Below are positions 57,973-64,000 of a stretch of 64,000 nucleotides of DNA, piece by piece. Positions within the stretch are counted from its first letter, which is position 1, and each line of letters starts with the position of its first letter. Location of the stretch: positions 38,822 through 102,821 of the forward strand of contig CAVVAG010000022.1 in the NCBI GenBank assembly GCA_963746165.1. The letters are read 5' to 3'. The position numbers and the translations under genes are program-made. The DNA comes from an uncultured Actinomycetes bacterium. GTDB taxonomy: Bacteria; Actinomycetota; Thermoleophilia; Solirubrobacterales; Solirubrobacteraceae. The notes under the pieces were generated by a model that saw nothing but the letters and a program-made list of their open reading frames with translations, was not told where the DNA came from and did not search any database.

Positions 57973-58120
57973 CCTGTGGGACCTTACGCCCCTGGACGGG
58001 CGCGGTAGAGGTGGGCGATGGGGGCTGGCATGTTCTCGATCATCGGCTTGGGAGGTGCGGTTGTCGGGGACGGGCGGCGGCGTCCTGCCCGCGTGGGCCG
58101 GACGCGCTGCCGTGCGTTGT

Positions 58121-59417
58121 TCAGTTCGGGCAGTAGCCGTGGTGCGTGGGGCCGCTGCGCAGCAGCAGCGCCTTCGAGAGCACCTCCGAGCCGATCCCCA
58201 GCCGGCCACGAGCCCGGCCTGGTTGCTGAACTGGAAGTGCAGGCCTCCGTACACCCGCGACCGGCCGGCCTCGAGGGCGGCCGTCGAGAACCGGTCGTAG
58301 GTGCGCGGTTGCCCGCCCGGGGCGGTGTCGGTCCGCAGCGAGAACGGGATCCGGTCGCTGCAGAAGAACCCGGCCAGGACGGTCGCGCCGGCGGCGCTGA
58401 ACGAGCTGTGCCCCGACCAGTGCTCCGGCGAGGATCCGGGCGAGCCGGCGCGCGGCGCCCAGGTCGGATCGCGGGGTCGGTCTTCTTGTTGCCGTCCGTG
58501 TCGGCCTGCTGGATGGCGGTCGTCGGCCGCCAGAAGTGAAAGACGTACTTCGTCTCGTAGGTGGGCGCGACCGTGTCGGCCATGGCCATGCTCTCCAGCG
58601 CGAACAGCCGCGCCGTCTCGGGCAGCGACAGGGCCCGGGCCGCGGACACCGCCTCGGCCACCTGCAGCCAGCCGCCCGGCGGCTGGTTGGTCCGGCCGCC
58701 GAGGCTCCAGTAGCGAAGGTGTCGGACTTGGCCTGATCGAACGGGCGTCGCGCTGCCCAGCACCTTGACCTCGTTGAACGCCTCCGCGTACGCCTTGCCG
58801 GCGAGCGCGGGCGGACCGGAACCGACGTACCCGTCCGGATCGGTGATCGCGAACGGGGCCAGGTTCCGGAACTGCACGCCCGACCACGAGGCTGTGAAGA
58901 CGCCGGGACCGGACCCGCCCAACTGGCGTCTCGGTGGGGCTCGATCCGTCGTTGCTGCGCGCGGCGAGCACCTGCCGGGCGACCTCAGCGCCCCAGGCCT
59001 GGCCCTGCGAGCGCGCCGTCTCGTCCGCTACGGCCCCGCATGTCCGCCGCCAGCTGCGCGTCGTAGGACGCGGCGTGCGACGGATACAGCGCCGTCAGGA
59101 CGTCGTGCGCCGCCTGGGCGGCAGCGGAACCGGGATCGCCCGGCTGCGGGGCCGGCGGCGTCACGATCGCCGCGCGTGCGCGGCATCCCGACCGTCGCCG
59201 TCCCGTTGACCGCGTCGTACATGGCCGCGTTGACCATCGCGTACAGGCGCGCGGCCTGCGCGTCGGACGCGTTGTTGGCCCGCACGGCGGCAAAGGCCAG
59301 ATCGTTCCAGTTGCGGACGAGCCCGCCATCGGCGGCCAGCGCCGGCGGCGCGGAGAGCCCGATCGCGAGGGTGACCACAGCCGCCCACCGCGCCGCGCGG
59401 ATCGCGTACCTGCTCAT
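58121..59417 (-). pseudogene. PAP2 / vanadium-haloperoxidase-like secreted protein, at least 5 frameshifts
   Basis: GGGAGG Shine-Dalgarno sequence plus signal peptide (MSRYAIRAARWAAVVTLAIGLSAPPALA). Motifs KYVFHFWRP, PEHWSGHS and SRVYGGLHFQFS are spread over three frames. The length of 1297 nt is not divisible by 3. Confidence 0.65.
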
Positions 59418-59437
59418 GAGTGCCTCCCTGGTGATGG

Positions 59438-60511
59438 TCACGGCCGCGCCTCCAGGACGAGGTTGAACGGGGTCTCGGTCGCGCGCCGGAACCGCGTGAA
59501 GCCGGCCTCGGTGACGACCGCGCGCAGCCGCGCCTCGCCGGCCTGGGCGCCGAGCGCCAGCCCGACCTCCTGCGCGCGCGAGGCCGGGGTACAGATCATC
59601 GTCGAGGCCGAGTAGAAGATCCGGCCGACCGGGTTGAGGTTGTCCTCGGTGCGATCGCCCGCCATCGGCTCGACGATCAGCCAGCTGCCGTCCGCGGCAA
59701 GCGAGCCGAGCACGTGCGCCGCGGCGCCGACGGGATCGCCCATGTCGTGCAGGGCGTCGAAGACGCACACCAGGTCGTAGCCCTCGCCCGGGAAGTCCTT
59801 GGCGCTGGCGACCTCGAAGCGCACGCGGTCGCCGACGCCCGCGCGCTCGGCCGCGCGCCGCGCCGCGGCGACCGACGCGGCGTGGTAGTCGAAGCCCACG
59901 AACTCCGAGCTCGGGTAGGCCTTGGCCATCACGATCGTCGAGGCGCCGTGCCCGCAGCCGATGTCGGCGACGCGGGCGCCGGCCAGCAGCTTCTCCTCGA
60001 CACCATCGAGCGCGGGCAACCACGACGGCACGAGGTTCGCGACGTAGCCGGGCCGGAAGAACAGCTCGGTTCCACAGAACAGGTCGCCGTCGTGCTCGTG
60101 CCACCCGAGGCCTTCGCCCGTCCGGAAGCGCTCGGTGATCTTCGGCTCGTCGCGCACGCACGACGCGGCGATGTAGAACGCGCCGGGAAGGAACGTCGGG
60201 CTCTCGGGATCGGCGAGGCAGGCGGCCTGCTCCGGGGTCAGGAAGAAGCGCTCGCTGTCGGCCTCGTACTCGACGTAGCCGCTGGCGGCCTGCGCGCACA
60301 GCCACTCGCGCACGTAGCGCTCGTCGGTGCCCGTCCGCGCGGCAAGCTCGCCCGGCGTGACCGGCTCGCCGTCGCTCATCGCGGCGTAGAGACCGAGCTT
60401 GTCGCCGATCAGGACGGTCGTCTGGTGCAGCGCTGCGCCGAGGTCGCCGGCGAAGCGCCCCACGAATTCCTGCAGTCGCCCCTCGTCGAGGACGGTGTCG
60501 CTGATGGCCAT
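59438..60511 (-). CDS. class I SAM-dependent methyltransferase with an N-terminal winged-helix-like domain (intact)
   Basis: 357 aa in one frame. VADIGCGHGAST, DLVCVFDALHDMGDP, DGSWLIVEP. Confidence 0.85.
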   Translation of the reverse strand: MAISDTVLDEGRLQEFVGRFAGDLGAALHQTTVLIGDKLGLYAAMSDGEPVTPGELAARTGTDERYVREWLCAQAASGYVEYEADSERFFLTPEQAACLADPESPTFLPGAFYIAASCVRDEPKITERFRTGEGLGWHEHDGDLFCGTELFFRPGYVANLVPSWLPALDGVEEKLLAGARVADIGCGHGASTIVMAKAYPSSEFVGFDYHAASVAAARRAAERAGVGDRVRFEVASAKDFPGEGYDLVCVFDALHDMGDPVGAAAHVLGSLAADGSWLIVEPMAGDRTEDNLNPVGRIFYSASTMICTPASRAQEVGLALGAQAGEARLRAVVTEAGFTRFRRATETPFNLVLEARP

Positions 60512-60637
60512 GTGTCCCTCCCTGTGAGTCGGGGTGGACTGGTCGACCGAGCGATCCGCAGCGCGACCGTCAACGTGACCGTCAAGCCCTGCGCCAATGT
60601 CAGGCACCGCCGCGTCTGAGCTGTGTAGGCTCGCCCG

Positions 60638-63600
60638 ATGCTGGTCGTCCGCCTGCTCGGCGGGCTCACGGTCACCGACGACACGGCACCCGTGGCGGCC
60701 CCCCGCGGCCGCTGCGCCGCTCTGCTGGCGTGGCTCGCCCTGCATCCCGGGATGCAGCCGCGCGGTCGCGTCGCCGCCCGGCTGTGGCCCGACGTCATGG
60801 ACGAGAGCGCGCGGCGCAGCCTGCGCACCGCGCTGCTGGACCTGCGCGCCGAGCTCGGGCCGCTCGCGGCCGGCACGTGCTCGCGACGCGCGACGAGGTC
60901 GGGCTCGGACCCGACATCCGCGTCGACGTCCGCGATTTCGTCGACGCGGCCGCCGACGGACGCCTGGAGGAGGCGCTGGCGATCGGCGGCGCCGGCGAGC
61001 TCCTGCCCGAGCTCGACCACGAGTGGGTGTATCGAGGCCCGGGAGGAGCACGAGCTCCGCCTCGCCGAGGTCATCGAGCAGTTGGCGATCGAGGCCGAGG
61101 AGCGCGGTGATCCGGGCGGAGCCGTCGAGTACACGCGCCGGCTCGTCGCGCTCGACCCGCTGTCCGAGGAGCACGCACGCTCGCTCATGCGGCGCCTCGC
61201 CCTTGCCGAGGACCGTGCGGCAGCGCTCTCGGCCTTCGAGCAGCACCGGGAGCGCCTGCGCAGCGAGCTGCGCATGGTGCCATCGGCGGCCACGCGCGCG
61301 CTCGCCGACGAGATCCGCGACGGCGGCGACCGGCGGCGGCGCCGTGGCCGCGGCAGCCCGGAGGTCGGACGCCCGTCGCTTCCCGGCGCCGCTGGCCCTG
61401 GCGGCGGGTGCGGGCCCGCTCGTCGGCCGCGAGGACGAGCTCGCCGCCCTCGAGGCGGCGTGGGACGCCGTCGCGGACGGCCTCCCGCGCCTATGCCTGA
61501 TCACCGGCGAGGCCGGGATCGGCAAGAGCCGCCTCATCGCCGAGCTGGCACAGCAGGTCGCGGCCGCCGGCGCACCGGTGCTCTACGGCGGCTGTCACGA
61601 GAGCCCGCGCCCTCCGTACGGGCCGTTCGTCGACGCGATCTCCCTCGACCTCCGCGGGCTCGACCAAGCCGCCGCCGGGCGCCGGCTCGGCACGAGCGCC
61701 GGCGAGCTCGCGCGCATCATCCCGGATCTCCGCGACCGCTTCGGCGCGGCGGCGCACGTCTCCGGCGAGAGCCCGGACGGCGAGCAGATGCGGCTGTTCG
61801 GCGCTGTGGTCGACTACCTCCAGCGCACGGCGCGGCCGCGCGCGCTCCTCGTGATCGAGGACATCCACTGGGCGGCGTCGGGCACGCTCGCGCTGCTGGC
61901 TCACGTCGTCCGGATCGGCTCCTGGCTCGATCCTGCTCGTGGTCAGCAGCCGGGACGTCCCCCCGGACATGACGAGCGCCCTGTCGACCTTCCTGGCAGA
62001 CCTCGGCCGTCATCCTGCGGTGCACGCGGATCGCCCTGCGAGGGCTCACGGAGCCCGACGTCGAGGCGCTGCTGCGTGCCACCGCCGGCCACGCAGCGCT
62101 CGACGTCTCGCGCACGGCGCGCATCCTCCACGAGGCGACCGGCGGCAGCCCGCTGTTCCTGCGCGAGATCGTGCGCGAGCTGCCCGCCGACGGCGCTGAT
62201 GCGCGCGGTTCCCGTGAACTCCACGGTGCGCGACCATGTCGCCGCGCGCTTCGCGCGGCTGCCGGAGGCCGACGGAGATGTCCTCGACGCGGCAGCCGTG
62301 CTCGGGGCGGAGTTCGGCGCGCGCACCTGCGCGGAGGTTCTGGACCGGCCGCTGCCGGAAGTGCTCGACGCGCTCGACCGCGCTGCCGGCCTCGGCATCG
62401 TGGTGAGCGGTCCCGGGCGCCGCCGGGCGCTTCGCCTTCACCCACGCCGTGCTCGGTGACGTCCGCTACGAGGCGATCCCGGCGGGCCGGCGCATGCGCC
62501 TGCACCACGCCGCCGGCACGGTCCTGCGCGCCGCGGCGCACCGGTGCCCGAGCTCGCCCGTCACTTCTACGCGTCGGCCGACCTCGGCGATCGCGAGGAC
62601 GCCTTCACCTACGCCCGGCGCGCCGGCGAGCTCGCCCGCGAGCGCTTCGCGTACGCCGACGCCGCGGTCCACTTCGAGCAGGCGGCGCAGCTCGCCGCGG
62701 ACCTGCCCGCCCGCGGTGAGCACGATCTCTGCGAGCTCGCCATCGAGCGCGGCGAGGCGCTGCATCGCGCCGGCGACCCGCGCTACCGCGACGTGCTGCT
62801 CGATGCGGCGGCCGCCGCCCGCCGGCTCGACGACCCGGACCTCCTGACGCGTGCGGCGCTCGCCCTCAGCGAGCAGGGCTGGACGATCTCCGGCGCCAGG
62901 CGCCGGACGAGATCATCCAGGTCGTGCACGAAGCGCTCGAGCGGCTGCCGGCCTCCGCCGCGGCCGGCCGCGCCCGGCTGATGGCGATGATCGCGGTCGC
63001 GAGCCATTTCACCCACGACCACGCGCGCGGCGGCGAGTTCGGCGCCGAGGCGCTGGCCACCGCACGCGCATCGGGCGACCCCCACGCGCTGGGCGAGATC
63101 CTGATCAGCGCGCACTGGGCCTGCTTCGACCCGCTCAACCTCGACCGCCGGCTCGCCTGGGCCCAGGAGGCGTGCGAGCTCGGCGAGCGCCTCAACAAGC
63201 CGCGTCCTCCTCGGCGCAGGCGAGCCGCATGCTGGGCCAGGACCGCCTGGAGATGGGCGACCTCGCCGGCGCGCGCGCCGCCTTCGATCGCGCCGATCGG
63301 ATCGCCGCCGAGCTCGACGCGCCCTTCCTGCGCGTCTTCGCGTCGGTGAGCCAGGCCGGCCTGGCGGCCCTCGCGGGCGAGCTCGACGACGCCGAGCGGC
63401 TCGTCGCGGACGCCTCGGCGCTCGCGCAGCGGATCGGCATCGCCGCCCCCGGCGGACCGGCGCGCGCCGTGCTGATCGAGCGCGGGCTATGGGAACGCGC
63501 CGTCGCCGACCTGGACGCGCTGGCCGAGCCCGCGCGCGGGATGCCCGTGAACGACGCCGCGCTCGCCATGTTCCACGCGCGCCTCGGCAACGTCGATGAG

Positions 63601-64000
63601 GCGCGCAGCCAGCCTGCGGACACTTCACCGAGAGCGACTTCGCCAACCTGCCGCGCAACGTCCATTGGTCGGCCGGGATGGTCATGCTCGCCGACGCCGC
63701 CACCTGGCTGCGCGATGCTGATGCCGCGGCGCGCATCCGCGATCTCCTCGAGCCGGTGAGCGGCCGCACCGCCTGGCACGCGTTCACCGCCCTGTGGCCG
63801 ATCGACGTCGCCCTCGCGCAGCTGTGCGTCGTGCTCGGCGACCACGCCCGCGCTCACGCCTACCTCGATGCCGCCGAGCGCATCTGCGAGCGCGAGAACC
63901 TCGTCGCCCACCGAGCGCGGGTCGCCCTGTACCGGGCGTGGGCGCTGCGCGACGCGGGGGAGGCAGTCGACGCGCGCCCCGCCCTGGCTGCCGCGGACGC
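60638..64000 (+). pseudogene. SARP/AfsR-like regulator (OmpR-type winged helix + BTAD + P-loop NTPase + TPR), about 11 frame switches, continuing past the window end
   Basis: Sensible protein pieces alternate among all three + frames: MLVVRLLGGLTV..., RDFVDAAADGRLEEAL..., LITGEAGIGKSRLIAELA..., LLVIEDIHWA..., TPR-like helices to 64000. Confidence 0.65.

Overview
This is a high-GC, actinobacterial-type chromosome segment. Third codon positions are almost all G/C, and many neighbouring genes overlap by 4 nt (ATGA/GTGA). A Thermoleophilia/Conexibacter-like origin is only a guess. The centre (22.2-41.8 kb, minus strand) holds all 14 NADH:quinone oxidoreductase genes, nuoA-N. The operon is physically split between nuoI and nuoJ by a 4.4-kb insert of four genes: a LuxR/TPR regulator, a cupin, a hypothetical protein and a BBE-type FAD oxidase. 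nuoG also carries a 1-nt frame disruption. The left end encodes a secreted 15-unit RTX-repeat protein, an ECF sigma factor fused in frame to a zinc-finger anti-sigma/transmembrane domain, and next to it a secreted Gly-rich protein that shares the fusion's C-terminal motifs. It also encodes acs plus a second acyl-CoA synthetase, a double-length ThyX-like protein, a VapBC-type toxin-antitoxin pair, and a tightly overlapping operon of a membrane protein, a Baeyer-Villiger monooxygenase (BVMO), a short-chain dehydrogenase (SDR) and a LOG-family protein. The right half encodes a cupredoxin and cytochrome c lipoprotein pair, serS, a MerR-GNAT pair, acyl-CoA dehydrogenase, FAD oxidases and a CsbD/coiled-coil pair. 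Three intact tRNA genes follow (Ser-TGA, Ser-GCT, Arg-ACG), flanked by about 8 kb (55.9-64 kb) in which 5 of 6 protein genes are frame-disrupted. This is either a decayed island or a low-coverage, error-rich stretch. I saw no CRISPR array, rRNA, transposase or integrase. Many long ORFs in the track are antisense or alternate-frame shadows typical of high-GC DNA.
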